DNA of 64,000 bases from an uncultured Verrucomicrobiae bacterium (GCA_963706955.1 CAVPOC010000003.1:64001-128000), one strand, 5' to 3'; numbered from the stretch's first letter, positions 39,844 through 51,139 are shown. Notes: generated by a model from the letters alone, not told the origin. Program-made: numbers and translations.

Positions 39844-40662
39844 CTAGAGCACTAAGCTTCGGCGTAGGAAATCGACAGAGAATGCAACATCCTGTTCCTC
39901 TAACCCGTGCATAATAAGCGGACCGACAAAGCCGCTCTGCTTTAGACTCCGAAGGTAATACTCAAAATCCAGAATACCTTTCCCAGGGGCGCATGCTTGA
40001 AAATCTTTATTCCGGTCTTTGGCATGGGCGATCGCGATCGCATCACCTATTAAAGCAAAACTTTCATCCAGGACGTCTTTCTGATTGCATCCGGGACTGA
40101 CTAGGTTGGCTAGGTCCATGACAATCCGTAAGCGAGGATTCCTTAGTTCGTTGAGGAGTTTTCGAGCGCGACTTGCGGAGTTGACGATATTCTCGCCCTC
40201 GGGCTCAAAAGCTAGGATCAAATCGTGTTTCTCCGCAGCGAGAAGAGCGGTCTCCATGGACCGCACCATATCATCCCAGGCTTCTTTGGAGTCGTTTTCG
40301 AAATGCCATTTCCACATATTCGCCGGGTCCCGCGTTCCCGTGCATAGAGTAATCACCGGAATGCGAAGCCGAGCTGTAACTTCGCAGAGGACTTCGAATT
40401 TCATGAGGTTGTCACGCCGAACTGCCGGATCTGGGTGAGCCATGTTGAACGTCCCGGAGATTGCAGACAGCTCGACGGTGGCGCGTTCTGCTGAGTTGGT
40501 TATCCGCTGAACCTGGTCGGATGACACGTTGTCCGGAAGAGTTTCAAGCCCAGTGCAAGACAGGTTGAACTGCACGGAATAGATTTGATAACTAGCGATT
40601 GCTTGAAAAAGCTCTTCTGTCGTCGGCCGGTTAAAAGTTTTGGCGAAGATCCCAATCTTCAT
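39844..40662 (-). CDS. Sugar phosphate isomerase/epimerase (AP-endonuclease-2 TIM barrel)
   Basis: FEPE, MDLAN and AHAKD metal-ligand motifs. Confidence 0.88.
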   Translation of the reverse strand: MKIGIFAKTFNRPTTEELFQAIASYQIYSVQFNLSCTGLETLPDNVSSDQVQRITNSAERATVELSAISGTFNMAHPDPAVRRDNLMKFEVLCEVTARLRIPVITLCTGTRDPANMWKWHFENDSKEAWDDMVRSMETALLAAEKHDLILAFEPEGENIVNSASRARKLLNELRNPRLRIVMDLANLVSPGCNQKDVLDESFALIGDAIAIAHAKDRNKDFQACAPGKGILDFEYYLRSLKQSGFVGPLIMHGLEEQDVAFSVDFLRRSLVL

Positions 40663-41738
40663 CAGACAGCTCCCGTGACGCCGGCAACCGAGACCGGTTT
40701 CCCCTTCTCAACGGACAGCTGAATGGCTCGAAGCGTCTTTATAGCGGCCAATCCATCTTCAACCCCAGCAGCGGGAAAATTGTCTTGGCCACGAACGGCA
40801 CCGGCGAATGACTCAATCTGCAATCGATAAAAATGGGAATCCTCGCCGAGGACCCGCTTGAACTGACCATCCTTAAGTGAAAAACACTCAACTTCGGCGG
40901 ATCTCAGATACCAGGGATTAAAGAGTTTACCTACGACGCTGCCGAACTCGCCGTATATTTGGAAGCCTTCGTGCCACCCCATTCGCACAGCCAAGGTCAG
41001 GTCCAAATGGCCTACGCTGCCATCCGCAAAATCGACCATAACGAACCAGCAGTGCGCACCATATTTCTTAACCAATTTGGCGTCGACTCGGACGATCTCC
41101 CCGCCTAAGAAACGCGCAGTATCGACCAAGTGACTTCCATGGCCCAAAAGGTAATAGGACTCTCGATTAGCTTTAGGATCGCCTTTCGGTCGCTTCGGCT
41201 TGGCGCTTTTTACGATTAACGGCTGTAAATTATCGGTCTCGGTATATCTCGAACTCGAATCGCAATACCAGGCTTTGAGCGCAAGCCGGGTGCCCATCTC
41301 CTGATCAATGAAGCGGCGCGCAAACGCGACGCCGGGATCAAATCGCTTCATCGAACCAACCCGAAGCACCAGGGCCGGAGCAGCCAGTTTCACATTGAGA
41401 AGGTGGAGGCATTCCTCAACGCTCACGCCCAGGGGTTTTTCAACGAGCACGTGCTTGCCGGCTTCGATTGCTTGCGCCGCGGCAGAGACATGGAACTGAT
41501 CGGCGATCCCGATGACCACCGCTTCAACCTTCGGATCGGCAAGCATCTCCTCGTAGCTGCTGTAGGCGACCTCGGGTTCCCAGATTTGCGCCATCCGGTT
41601 CCGTAGATCGTCTGCGGCGTCGCAGATCGCGTAAAGCCGAGCGTTTCGGGCCTTCTGGCAGCTCTCGAAATGCGCGGCTTGGGAGATCATTCCACATCCA
41701 AGGACACCCATTCGAACAGGATCAGGGTTATGTTTCAT
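40662..41738 (-). CDS. Gfo/Idh/MocA-family oxidoreductase
   Basis: GVLGCGMIS, GKHVLVEKP, KRFDP and HGSHLVD motifs. Confidence 0.92.
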   Translation of the reverse strand: MKHNPDPVRMGVLGCGMISQAAHFESCQKARNARLYAICDAADDLRNRMAQIWEPEVAYSSYEEMLADPKVEAVVIGIADQFHVSAAAQAIEAGKHVLVEKPLGVSVEECLHLLNVKLAAPALVLRVGSMKRFDPGVAFARRFIDQEMGTRLALKAWYCDSSSRYTETDNLQPLIVKSAKPKRPKGDPKANRESYYLLGHGSHLVDTARFLGGEIVRVDAKLVKKYGAHCWFVMVDFADGSVGHLDLTLAVRMGWHEGFQIYGEFGSVVGKLFNPWYLRSAEVECFSLKDGQFKRVLGEDSHFYRLQIESFAGAVRGQDNFPAAGVEDGLAAIKTLRAIQLSVEKGKPVSVAGVTGAV

Positions 41739-42097
41739 ATGTTTCGATCAGGCTACATCAAACCCGCATGATCCGTAGCGAATTTGGAGAAAGCATCGCA
41801 GGCTCAATCGGTGGGATACTGATATCAGGGTAAGGGAAGGCGCGACCACTCTCGGAACTTCGCCAGAAATGACGACGCTATTTCGAACATTGCACTCGGA
41901 CTACCAAGGGCGATGGACTCCAGCTCCCTACGCAGGCATCAAAGCCACATCCGATCGCAAGCTCGTCGCGTTCGGCAAACTGAGGTCACTTGCCTGTGGC
42001 TTTCAGACCCCCCGCCTATAGCCGTGCCGTCGCAGAGCCAGAGCTGAAGGACCGGGCAACCAGTGCGTGCAGTCCTACTCAACTCTCGACGCGTGTG

Positions 42098-43060
42098 TTA
42101 CTTGTCTTTGAAGTACCAACCCGCGTCGGCCAAATTATCCTTGGTAATCAGCTTGACCGGCGAATCGATCTTTTCCGGGACGCTTTCTCCGTTGAGCTTC
42201 TTTATGAGTGCCTCAACAGCGAGGTAAGCCATGGCCTCGGGATACTGCATGACAGTTCCCGCGAGCGAACCCTGCTTGACGGCCTCAAGGCCATCTGGGA
42301 TGCCATCTACACTCACGACGATTATCTTTCCCGTTGCGCCGGCCGCTTGCACGGCATCCACGACCCCCAGGGCCATGTCGTCGTTGGCGACAAAGATCGC
42401 CTTTAGGGTAGGGTCCCCCTCCAACATTTTCGTCGCGAGCTCGCCGGCCTTTTTGCGATTCCAGTTCGCGGGTTGGCTCGCGACAATATTCAGCCCCCCT
42501 TCTTTGGCGGCGGTGGTGAAACCCGTCACCCGCTCCCTACTGCTGGTCGTGCCTGGGTCCCCTTCGACGATGGCCACATTCGAACCTTTCGGAACCGAAC
42601 TCAACACCAGCTGAGCGTCGAGCATTCCAGCCTCCACATTGTTGGAGGCAATTCTGGCCACGATTTCGATGCCATCTGCCTTCGCCGCATCTTCCGGGAT
42701 CAGCTCGTCGATATTAACAATCGGAAGGTTCTTGCGACTAACCCTGGTCAAAGCGCTGTTGAGGGAGGTCGGCCGAAACGGAGTAACAACGTAACCGTCC
42801 AAACTGCCTTCGTCGAACCAGCTCTGCAGAATGTTGAGCTGTTCCACGTCGGCTTCTTCCTTCGGCGTGCTGCCGAACACCACTTCGACTCCAAGCTTCC
42901 TTTGCGCATAGTCATAGCCTTCCTTCATTCGGAGGAAATATGGATTGGCTAAACTTTTCGTCAGCGCTCCGATCTTATACTTCTTTGTATCTTGCGCGGA
43001 AACGCCATCGGCTAAGATCAACGACATAAGCAAACCAGCGCACAGGGCGAACTTTTTCAT
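42098..43060 (-). CDS. Sugar ABC substrate-binding protein (RbsB/AlsB-like), orphan
   Basis: Signal peptide; KSLANPYF, VASQPANWNR, ANDDMALG and VDGIP motifs. Confidence 0.9.
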   Translation of the reverse strand: MKKFALCAGLLMSLILADGVSAQDTKKYKIGALTKSLANPYFLRMKEGYDYAQRKLGVEVVFGSTPKEEADVEQLNILQSWFDEGSLDGYVVTPFRPTSLNSALTRVSRKNLPIVNIDELIPEDAAKADGIEIVARIASNNVEAGMLDAQLVLSSVPKGSNVAIVEGDPGTTSSRERVTGFTTAAKEGGLNIVASQPANWNRKKAGELATKMLEGDPTLKAIFVANDDMALGVVDAVQAAGATGKIIVVSVDGIPDGLEAVKQGSLAGTVMQYPEAMAYLAVEALIKKLNGESVPEKIDSPVKLITKDNLADAGWYFKDK

Positions 43061-43289
43061 AAGTAGGAATAAGGCAATCTCAGGTCGAGCTGCTGCCGAA
43101 GCGCACCGCTGCTTCGTCGGAAAGAGCACCGGGTCTTAGTCGAGGATAGAGATCCGGGAACCAGCGGTGATGGCTGCATAGAGTTCGGCGTGCGATGCCG
43201 AGCAGTGCGCTCATGCGAGCTCTTCAGTCCCCGTGTTCGTTCTCGGAAAGGCATCTCCTGCACTCGGGCGTAAAGGTGTCCTTAGGCTA

Positions 43290-43314
43290 TTTCTAGGATT
43301 GGATGACCTAGAAA
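43290..43314 (-). terminator. Possible terminator hairpin TTTCTAGG-N9-CCTAGAAA
   Basis: 8-bp inverted repeat 18 nt past the permease stop. Confidence 0.4.
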
Positions 43315-43331
43315 CGGGCTTGTCGTATGCG

Positions 43332-44381
43332 CTACGTCCTCTTTAGCCACAGGCGGGCGATCCATTTGTCGCGGACGAGCGAGATGGCGATAGCGAGAAT
43401 CATGGTGGCGCCCCAGATGGCTTGAGTCAGATGCGGGCTAAAGCCCAGCAGGTTGAACCCGGTAGAGATCATCTGAAGCAAAATGAGTGACAGAAAAAGT
43501 CCCAGCACCTTGCCAAATCCGCCGTTGGGATCAATTCCTCCAAGCACCGCTGCCAGAATCGTGATCAGCAGGTAGGATTCCGCGTAGCCGGCGCGCGCTG
43601 AGTTGAAGCGCGCCATCATGACCACCGCCGCCACCCAGCAGAGAAGACTCGATAGGACATAAACGCCTACCAACATCCATTCCGTGGCCACGCCTGAGTA
43701 ACGGGTAGCCTTTTCGTTTGAACCGATCATGCGCACCGATACGCCGAAGGGAGCATGGTTCATGATCACAGCAATGAGGATCGCGCAGAGGATGAAAATC
43801 ATCATCGGGACTGGAAATCCGAGCAAGGTGCCATTGCCTAGAAACAGGATCGCGGGCGGAAAACCGCCGATGACTCCGCCGCTGGTGGCAAAGACCGCGA
43901 TCCCTTTGACGGCGGTCATTGTGCCGAGCGTCACCAGGATAGGATGAACGCCCAAAAACGCCACGATTACCCCCGTGATCAGCCCAACGACTAGAGCCGT
44001 CACAAATCCTGTTCCCAAGGCGAGCGCGATCGCCCCCGCCATGACGTGAGCCGGACTCTCGGGCCCAATCATCCTGGTGAGTATGGCCGCCATGACGAGC
44101 GCGGAAAGGTTCGCGGTCGCGATTATCGCAAGATTCAGCCCTCCGCTCATCAGCGGGATCATCATGGCAAGCGCCAGGATCCCGAGTTCGGGCATCTGGA
44201 AGGCCATCGCTCGCAACGTCTCCCCGGAAAGAAATCGCTCCGGCGCCAGTGCACCAAAGCCTATCACGGCCAACACAATGAACGCTCCGAGCAACGTCAC
44301 CGTAGGATCTCTTGCGAGCAGCTCGCTGAAGGAGCTCCTTTTAGCGGACGCCGGCGCAGTAGTGGCGACTTCAGGCGACAT
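43332..44381 (-). CDS. Sugar ABC permease
   Basis: SGGLNLAI, ILVTLGT, GSNEKATRYSG and AAVLGG motifs. Confidence 0.92.
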   Translation of the reverse strand: MSPEVATTAPASAKRSSFSELLARDPTVTLLGAFIVLAVIGFGALAPERFLSGETLRAMAFQMPELGILALAMMIPLMSGGLNLAIIATANLSALVMAAILTRMIGPESPAHVMAGAIALALGTGFVTALVVGLITGVIVAFLGVHPILVTLGTMTAVKGIAVFATSGGVIGGFPPAILFLGNGTLLGFPVPMMIFILCAILIAVIMNHAPFGVSVRMIGSNEKATRYSGVATEWMLVGVYVLSSLLCWVAAVVMMARFNSARAGYAESYLLITILAAVLGGIDPNGGFGKVLGLFLSLILLQMISTGFNLLGFSPHLTQAIWGATMILAIAISLVRDKWIARLWLKRT

Positions 44382-45349
44382 TTCCAATAGTCCTTTTCTG
44401 CTGGCGCTTGGCCGCCACGGCCGTCGCGCTCACGCTCGCCAAAATGATGATCCCGGTCACAAACCCAAAGGAATAGGAGGAGACTCCCAAGAGGGTGAGA
44501 CCATTTTGCACAATGGCCAATAACACGATGCCCAAGATTGCTCCGGTGACCGTGCCGATGCCTCCTTGGAGGCTAGCCCCCCCTAAAACCACTGCTGCCA
44601 GCACGTCGAGCTCTCGCCCGATAAGTGCATTGGGCACCACTTCCTCGACCCGATGCGCCTGCACCAACCCCGCTATCACCCGCCGTTACTCCCGAGTAGC
44701 CGTAGACAAAGCATTGAAGGCCCAGGATGTTGCAACCCATCCGTTTCGCTCCCTCGAGGTTGCCCCCCAGCCCGTAGATCTGCCGGCCGATCGAGAGCCG
44801 GTTCAGCACGAAGGCGGTGATGATCAAGACGAACGCAGCCACCGCCACCGGAAAGGGGATACCTAACGGCGCAATCGTCGCGGTGAACCAGTCCGGCAAA
44901 TCATAGATGGATTCGCCATCAGTCACAAACATCAGGATCGCAAAGTAGAAGGTCATCGTCGAAATGGTGACGATCACCGACAGCGCCTGAAGGTAGTAGA
45001 TCAGCAAGGCGTTCACGGCGCCGAGCAGTCCTCCGAAAATCGCGGCCAATGCAAAAGCGACCAGCCAATTTCCGCCCATCTGGACAAGGATCGTCGCCAC
45101 CAGATATTGGGTCACCGCGGCAATCGCCGCAAAGGAAATGTCGATGCCGCCGGAGATCAATACCACCAGTAGCCCCGCCGCCATGATGGCCATCACCGAG
45201 TAACTCTCCAGCAGGGTGGTCAAATTACTGACGGATAAAAAGCCCGGAGACAAGGCCGAGAAAAAGATCGCCATCAGCACGACGATGGCTGCAATTTGAA
45301 TTTCGTGCCGGCGAAATGCCTTCTTCAGAAATGATGTATCGTTAGGCAT
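44371..45349 (-). CDS. Sugar ABC permease, frameshift near 44677
   Basis: SGGIDISF, GGNLEGAKRMG and ELDVLAAVVLGG motifs split across two frames. Confidence 0.9.
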
Positions 45350-46893
45350 AAATGGCTTCCCGGAGTTGGTTCTCGGTGGTGCGGTTCGGATCATAAGCGC
45401 CGACGATTTTTCCGGAGCGCATGACCAGGATGCGATGGCTTTGATGCAAGACCTCGTCCGCCTCGTCAGAGATAAGGAGAATGGCTAGTCCTCGGGCCGC
45501 GAGCGCATCCACGACCTGAAAGATTCCGGCTTTGGCGCCGATGTCGACGCCCACCGTGGGCGAATCCAAGATGAGCACCTTCGGATCGGTGGCGAGCCAT
45601 TTGGCCAGGACGACTCGCTGTTGGTTGCCGCCCGAGAGCTGTTGGACCGGCCGGTCTGCAGTCTTGGTCTTGACGCGCAGTTCCTTGAAAATCCAATGCT
45701 CGATAGTTTGCGCCCGGCGCGCTCCGTCAATGAGACCGAGCCGCCCCGTCAGCCTGTTCAATACCGAAATAACGGTATTGTCCGCGATGGTTTGTGGCAT
45801 CACCAACCCCAGCGAAAGACGGTCTTCAGAAACGTAGGCGATGCCTTGCGCGGATAGCCTCGCGATTATTGTGAAACTGGACCGGCTTTCCATTGACCCG
45901 AATCTCACCGGAGTCCGGAGGGTTCATTCCAAAAAGCGAAAGGGCGAGCTCGGTGCGTCCCGAGCCCATACGTCCCGTCAGGCCCAGGATTTCGCCAGGC
46001 CGCACTTCGAAGCTAATCCCGGCGTATTGACCCGTACAGCTCAAATCACGCACTTCCAGCGCCGGAGCCGCCTCACTGGAGAAAGGTGGTTTGACGCTGC
46101 TATCGAAGACATGGCCTGTGATGGCCTCGCCCAGCCGGCGCCGATCAAGTTCGCTCACGGGATAGGTTCCAAAATTTCGCCCGTCCCGCATCACCGTTAC
46201 CCGCTCGGCAATATCCATCACCTCGTCGAGCCTGTGACTGACAAAAAGGCTGGCTATCTTCTGGCGCTTCAACTCATGAACCACAGCCAGAAGGCCCTCG
46301 ACCTCCTGGTGGCTTAAGGACGCGGTCGGCTCGTCCATCACGACCAGCCGCGCGTCGGCCGCCAGCGCGCGGCAAATCGCCACCAGTTGGCGCGTGGCAA
46401 TCGGGAGCGTGCCGACAAGTTCATCCAGCGGCAAGGACACCTTGAGCCGATCCATCACTGCCTGGGCTTGCTTGCGCATCACATTCCGGTTGGCCAACCG
46501 GACCGGCGTCTCCACGTGATGCCGAAAGGCGATGTTCTCAGCGACCGTAAGGTTGGGAAACAACGAAAGATCTTGATAGATGATCTGCACGCCAAAACGC
46601 TGGGAGGCGTCGGGGGTCAAGTGGTTGTGCGCCTTGCCCTCCAGAATGATTTGCCCCTCGTCGGGCATGTGAATACCGGAAAGCACCTTGATCAGCGTGC
46701 TCTTGCCACACCCGTTCTCCCCCGCAAGGCTGTGGATCTCCGCGGCATGAATCGAGAGGTTAACGTCCTGTAAGGCGCGCACTCCCCCGAAACGCTTGCT
46801 GATGCCTCGCATCTCGATGAACGGCGTTTCGCCTTTCCCTGCAAGAGGCGTCCCGTTCCCTTGTTTTTGAGGGTTATTCGATCCGTTGGTCAT
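45342..46893 (-). CDS. Sugar ABC ATP-binding protein (two NBDs), frameshift near 45852
   Basis: GENGCGKST, MDEPT, LSGGNQQR and LDSPTVGVD motifs. Confidence 0.92.
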
Positions 46894-47052
46894 GATATAG
46901 CGCTAATGCCCCCGGTTTCCTGGGCGGGTATTCAAACAGGATGCCTGTTAAATATTAGATTTTCGACGAAAAGATCAATCGCAATGCGCGCTTAGATCAT
47001 GGAGCCGAAGGAGAGTTAGTCCCCCGCCCTGACCCTGCACACCAGCCATTGC

Positions 47053-48054
47053 TCACAATCCCATCGCGGCCAACTCTGCGACGGTCTCCTTGTTGATAGG
47101 CTGAACTTTGATCACCCGAATCACTCTCTTTTGAGGATCGACCGTCGCCTTACCCAAACCAGGAAAGTCCATCCCGTCGACGATCGGGGTGCCATCAATC
47201 ACCATCTTCGCCAGCTGGACGATCGCTTTTCCCGCTTCCAAGGGATTCCAAATGTAGCTCTCGCGAATGATCCCCTCATTAATGAGTTTACGAGCTTGGG
47301 AGGGCGAACAGGTGCCGATCACGGCGATCTGGTCCTTCTTACCCGCGTCCTTCACCGCCTGCGCGGCCCCGACCACGCCCGAGCTTCCAAAGACCAGCGC
47401 GCCTTTCAAATTCGGGTGAGCCAGGATGGTGTCCTGGGTGACGCGTTTCGTTTCGTCGAGGCTTTCTCCCGTGCCGAAACGATCTGCGGCCAGCTTCATT
47501 TTTGGATAATGCTCTTTTTGATAGGCGATCGCCGCGTCAGCCCAGGCATTATGCAGCGGAACGGTCAACCCTCCGACGACCACCATGTACTCGCCCTCCT
47601 CGCCCATGTGCTTGGCGAGCTCTTTCATGTACAAGTCGCCGAACTCCTTGTTGTCAATCATCTCGATGTCCCAGGTGTTGCCCTGTTGGTCGGGCGACTC
47701 GTGGGTAATGACGGGAATGCCGGCCTCTTGGGCGCGTTGGAACACCGGTTCCAAGGCTTTCGCATCGTTGGGGACCACTGCGATCAACTTCACTTTCCTC
47801 GCGACCAAATCTTCGACCATTCGAACTTGTTGAGCCGGATCAGCGGTGGTCGGCCCGAGCATGGTAGCATTAAGTCCAGTCTCCTTCCCGGCCTCTTTGA
47901 TGCCTTTGCCCATTGCGGTGAACCAAGGAATGCCGCCAATCTTCACGACCACGGGAACATCGTTGTCGGCGGCGTGGCCGGGAATGGTTACAAAGTGCGT
48001 TATGGACAACAACGAGACGACGGCAAGCTGCTTATAAGAAAGCGATCTAATCAT
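47053..48054 (-). CDS. Sugar ABC substrate-binding protein (LsrB/rhamnose-binding-like)
   Basis: Signal peptide; VVKIGGIPWF, GPTTADPAQQ, VVPND and WNP motifs. Confidence 0.9.
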   Translation of the reverse strand: MIRSLSYKQLAVVSLLSITHFVTIPGHAADNDVPVVVKIGGIPWFTAMGKGIKEAGKETGLNATMLGPTTADPAQQVRMVEDLVARKVKLIAVVPNDAKALEPVFQRAQEAGIPVITHESPDQQGNTWDIEMIDNKEFGDLYMKELAKHMGEEGEYMVVVGGLTVPLHNAWADAAIAYQKEHYPKMKLAADRFGTGESLDETKRVTQDTILAHPNLKGALVFGSSGVVGAAQAVKDAGKKDQIAVIGTCSPSQARKLINEGIIRESYIWNPLEAGKAIVQLAKMVIDGTPIVDGMDFPGLGKATVDPQKRVIRVIKVQPINKETVAELAAMGL

Positions 48055-48162
48055 AATTAGGTTTCAACGATGAGGTTTGTTATTCTACAAAGTCCACATT
48101 TTCAATGTGCCTACCAAGATCGAGGCCACACCGGTGGCAGGTCAAGCGCTTCTGCCCAAAAA

Positions 48163-48181
48163 AACTTTACGCCGTAAAGTT
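48163..48181. promoter_or_regulatory. Operator-like palindrome AACTTTACG-C-CGTAAAGTT
   Basis: Perfect 9-bp arms; 17 bp upstream of minus-strand TTGACC ahead of the binding-protein gene. Confidence 0.75.
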
Positions 48182-48247
48182 AGCTTAGGAGGCAGCTGAG
48201 GGCGGGGTTCTCTTTTACAAACCGCCGCCGCGATCTCCCGCCACTGC

Positions 48248-48700
48248 TCAGGACGGGTTGTCGATAACGCCCATCTTGAACAGGAAACAACCGTAAGGAC
48301 GGAATTCGGAGGTACGCACGACCGCGGCGCCCTTGCTGGCCATTTCATAGAAGGCAAACCGCTCAAGGGCGCCCATCTTCAGCGCGCGCCCTTCAGCCTC
48401 GCGGGCAATGGCGAGGACTTCCTTCTGCATATCAAGGACGCGCTCAGGGTCGTCCACGACGAGCATGCGTGTTACCGGTTCTTCAACGAAGTGGTCAAGC
48501 GGCATCAGGGAAAGAATGGCGCGTGTGGCCTGCGGGATGTTCAAACCAGCCAGTTCAATGAGCCGGCCTGTCGAGGTCTGTTTGGCAACCTGGAGTGCGG
48601 GAAAATTGCGATCGACGAGGACCAGGTCGTCGCCGTGACCCATGGACGCCAGCAGCCATAGAAGATCAGGGCTGATGACGGAGGAAATATTCTTAAGCAT
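48248..48700 (-). CDS. RbsD/FucU-family sugar mutarotase/pyranase
   Basis: MGHGDDLVLVDRNFP, ERFAFYE and VRTSEFRPYG motifs. Confidence 0.92.
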   Translation of the reverse strand: MLKNISSVISPDLLWLLASMGHGDDLVLVDRNFPALQVAKQTSTGRLIELAGLNIPQATRAILSLMPLDHFVEEPVTRMLVVDDPERVLDMQKEVLAIAREAEGRALKMGALERFAFYEMASKGAAVVRTSEFRPYGCFLFKMGVIDNPS

Positions 48701-48775
48701 GCGGTGCCTCTTGGTTAATTCTTCATGCAGAAGATCAGTAGCTCCTCTCTTGCGTCAACAGCATCTCCAAACAAT

Positions 48776-48794
48776 AAATTTACGGCGTAAAGTA
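48776..48794. promoter_or_regulatory. Second copy of operator-like palindrome AAATTTACG-G-CGTAAAGTA
   Basis: Near-identical to the 48163 site; again 17 bp upstream of a minus-strand TTGACG. Confidence 0.72.
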
Positions 48795-49112
48795 GCAGGG
48801 GATCTCAACAACATGGGACGGAGACCCCGGAGTTACCCGCTAAAGTGAACGATTTCGTTCCTCTACAACGCCGATCGATTGGGGTTGCGAACGAGGCTAG
48901 AGGACAACATTGAATGGAGTTGCATCGCTGGCTAAGTTTCCAACGTGAGCAAGTGGGGGCCCTTTTGTTTAGCGCACGTCTGTGCTCAAAGACTGCCGTG
49001 CTCGTCCGGGCCGAAGTTAAAGAGTTAATAGATCGGCCAGAGCTCGGTTGGACAAGGCAACATCTTTGAGCTTTGCTCTCGCCATCCTGCTCACCTTGTT
49101 CGCCTTCAAGGG

Positions 49113-50090
49113 CTAAAAACCACTCCGGCCTGACGCGGCAGTGGTGCGGCCAAGGTTCGCCTCAGTAGCGGCGTAATCTTTTTGGGCTACAGCACTCAAG
49201 AGCGCGTCGAGAACGCTGAGCTGCACCAAGCGCGCCGCCGCATTTTCCCCCGCCCAGGGCAGGCTGTCTAAGTTAGCACAGAGCGCCACGTCCGATTCCC
49301 GGCCGAGCGCGGAGTCCGAACGGTTGGTCAATGCGATGAGCTGCGCCCCGTTTTGGCGTGCCTGGCGCGCGGCCTCCACCACCGCGGCCGTCTGGCCCGA
49401 ATGCGAAAAAGCCATCACCACATCCCCGCGTCGCAACAGTGCGGCCGACATCAGCATTAGCTGGCCGTCGTCAAAGACGGAAGCACGCACCCCGATGCGA
49501 AGAAACTGGTGGGCGGCATCCCGGGCCACCTGGCCCGATCCGCCCTCGCCGTAAAAGTCGCGATGGCGGGCCGCGTGCAGGCAATCCGCCGCCCGCTCCA
49601 ACTCTTCGGGGGAGACGCGCGCTAAGCCTTGCTCGAGTGCGCGAACCGAGGCGTGCAAGACCTTCTGTAGCCGGGCGCAAGCTCCCCCAGCGACGCAGAG
49701 CTCCTCGTGCAGATCCGCCTGGGCCAACCGGCTGTGCTCGCGCAAAGCCTCCCGCAATTGACGAAATCCTTCAAAGCCGAGTTTTTTGGCGATTTTAACG
49801 ATCAGGGCTTCCGACACACCAGCCTCCGCGGCGGCGCATTTAAGCAAGGTGTCCTTGTCGGTGACCCTGCGGTGGACCAGGGTGAAGAGCGCGTATGCTT
49901 CCAAGGCTGTTAAACTGGACAAGCGCGCGCGCAGTTGGACCGCTAGGGACGGGGCAGTGGGCGGTGGGGCTTGCTTCGCTCTCCCTGAGCAATATGGAGG
50001 CGTCTCCCGCCGCGCCCAAACGACCCTCATTTCTTTACCCGAAATAGGGCCGGCCGCGTTCGGTGCTTCTAACAACTCGATTTTGCTCAT
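49113..50090 (-). CDS. RpiR/MurR-family regulator (HTH + SIS), AlsR-like
   Basis: VSEALIVKIAKKLGFEGF HTH; RDFYGEGGS, FLRIGVR, SHSGQT and GENAAARLVQL motifs. Confidence 0.9.
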   Translation of the reverse strand: MSKIELLEAPNAAGPISGKEMRVVWARRETPPYCSGRAKQAPPPTAPSLAVQLRARLSSLTALEAYALFTLVHRRVTDKDTLLKCAAAEAGVSEALIVKIAKKLGFEGFRQLREALREHSRLAQADLHEELCVAGGACARLQKVLHASVRALEQGLARVSPEELERAADCLHAARHRDFYGEGGSGQVARDAAHQFLRIGVRASVFDDGQLMLMSAALLRRGDVVMAFSHSGQTAAVVEAARQARQNGAQLIALTNRSDSALGRESDVALCANLDSLPWAGENAAARLVQLSVLDALLSAVAQKDYAATEANLGRTTAASGRSGF

Positions 50091-50143
50091 TCTAGGGGTT
50101 TTTAAATAATCGGCGCGCGGTCAAGATGGGGTTACCGGAGGTG

Positions 50144-51139
50144 TCATGAATTTTCAGAAAGAAATCGCATGACCCGGTCGAATGTGACTGACTTTTTTTG
50201 GTCAACCGGTGTGCTGACAAAAAGCGATGCCGCGGCATTGGCGAAGCGAGTGGCTTCCAAAAGCGATGACCCGTCGACCAATCGGGCGGCGAGCGCGCCG
50301 ATGAACGTATCTCCGGCGCCATGGGTGTCGACTAAACTGACGGCATGAGCTGCCTGGGCGTGAGGCGATTGCCCGCCTTCAACCAGCGCGAGGCCCATCC
50401 CACCGGCCGTGACGATCACATTGCTGATCTGGCTAGACAACTGCGCAGCCGCTTCCCCGGCTGCAGCGAGGCTCCCTACCGCGACGCCGCACATCATCTC
50501 TGCCTCAACGGCATTGACGACCAAAATATCGACGTTCTGAGCCAACAGAGGATCCAGAGGTCGCGTTGGGGCTGCGTTGAAAACCACGCGAGCTCCCTGG
50601 CGTTTGGCAGCCTCGGCGGCTAAGACATTGGCGGCGTCGGGAATTTCGTTTTGCAACACGAGAACACTTGCACGCTGGAGGACTTCGAGCGCGTCGCGAA
50701 TATCCTCCTCGCCGAGCCGCAGATTCGCTCCAGAAACGATGACGGCACCGTAATCGCCTTCGGCATCAATGATGGCCACGCTCATGCCGGAACTCGCGGC
50801 GGGGTCGGTTCGGACGTGCTTCGTGTCAACCTGAAAACTTTGCAGATGACTCAGCAGGCGTTTACCAAAATCGTCATCTCCCACCCGGCCGATCATGAAA
50901 GCCTGCGCCCCAAATTGGGCGGCGGCCACGGCTTGGTTCCCTCCCTTGCCGCCTGCCTTGTAACTCCAGGCACTGCCAGGTAACGTCTCCCCCTTTCTTG
51001 GCCGGTCGGGGGCATTCACCATGATGTCCAGGTGCAGGCTGCCGAGCACCGCAACCGTCGATGACGAAGTTTTTGCTGACACCTGCTCGTCCGAGGTGCG
51101 CGACTGCGCACCCTTTTCCTCGTTGTTTGTGACGCTCAT
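50144..51139 (-). CDS. Ribokinase-like PfkB kinase
   Basis: GSLHLD, GGKGGNQAVAA, GRVGDD and VDTHGAGDTFIG motifs. Confidence 0.9.
   Translation of the reverse strand: MSVTNNEEKGAQSRTSDEQVSAKTSSSTVAVLGSLHLDIMVNAPDRPRKGETLPGSAWSYKAGGKGGNQAVAAAQFGAQAFMIGRVGDDDFGKRLLSHLQSFQVDTKHVRTDPAASSGMSVAIIDAEGDYGAVIVSGANLRLGEEDIRDALEVLQRASVLVLQNEIPDAANVLAAEAAKRQGARVVFNAAPTRPLDPLLAQNVDILVVNAVEAEMMCGVAVGSLAAAGEAAAQLSSQISNVIVTAGGMGLALVEGGQSPHAQAAHAVSLVDTHGAGDTFIGALAARLVDGSSLLEATRFANAAASLFVSTPVDQKKSVTFDRVMRFLSENS

Noticed and set aside
43259..43277. Third copy of the TTTACG-N-CGTAAA operator upstream of the orphan binding protein
   Set aside because: Only the CGTAAAG half-site matches.
47053..48054. AI-2 quorum-sensing (Lsr) system
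   Set aside because: The binding protein is LsrB-like, but lsrK, lsrF, lsrG and lsrR are absent and the context is sugar catabolism.
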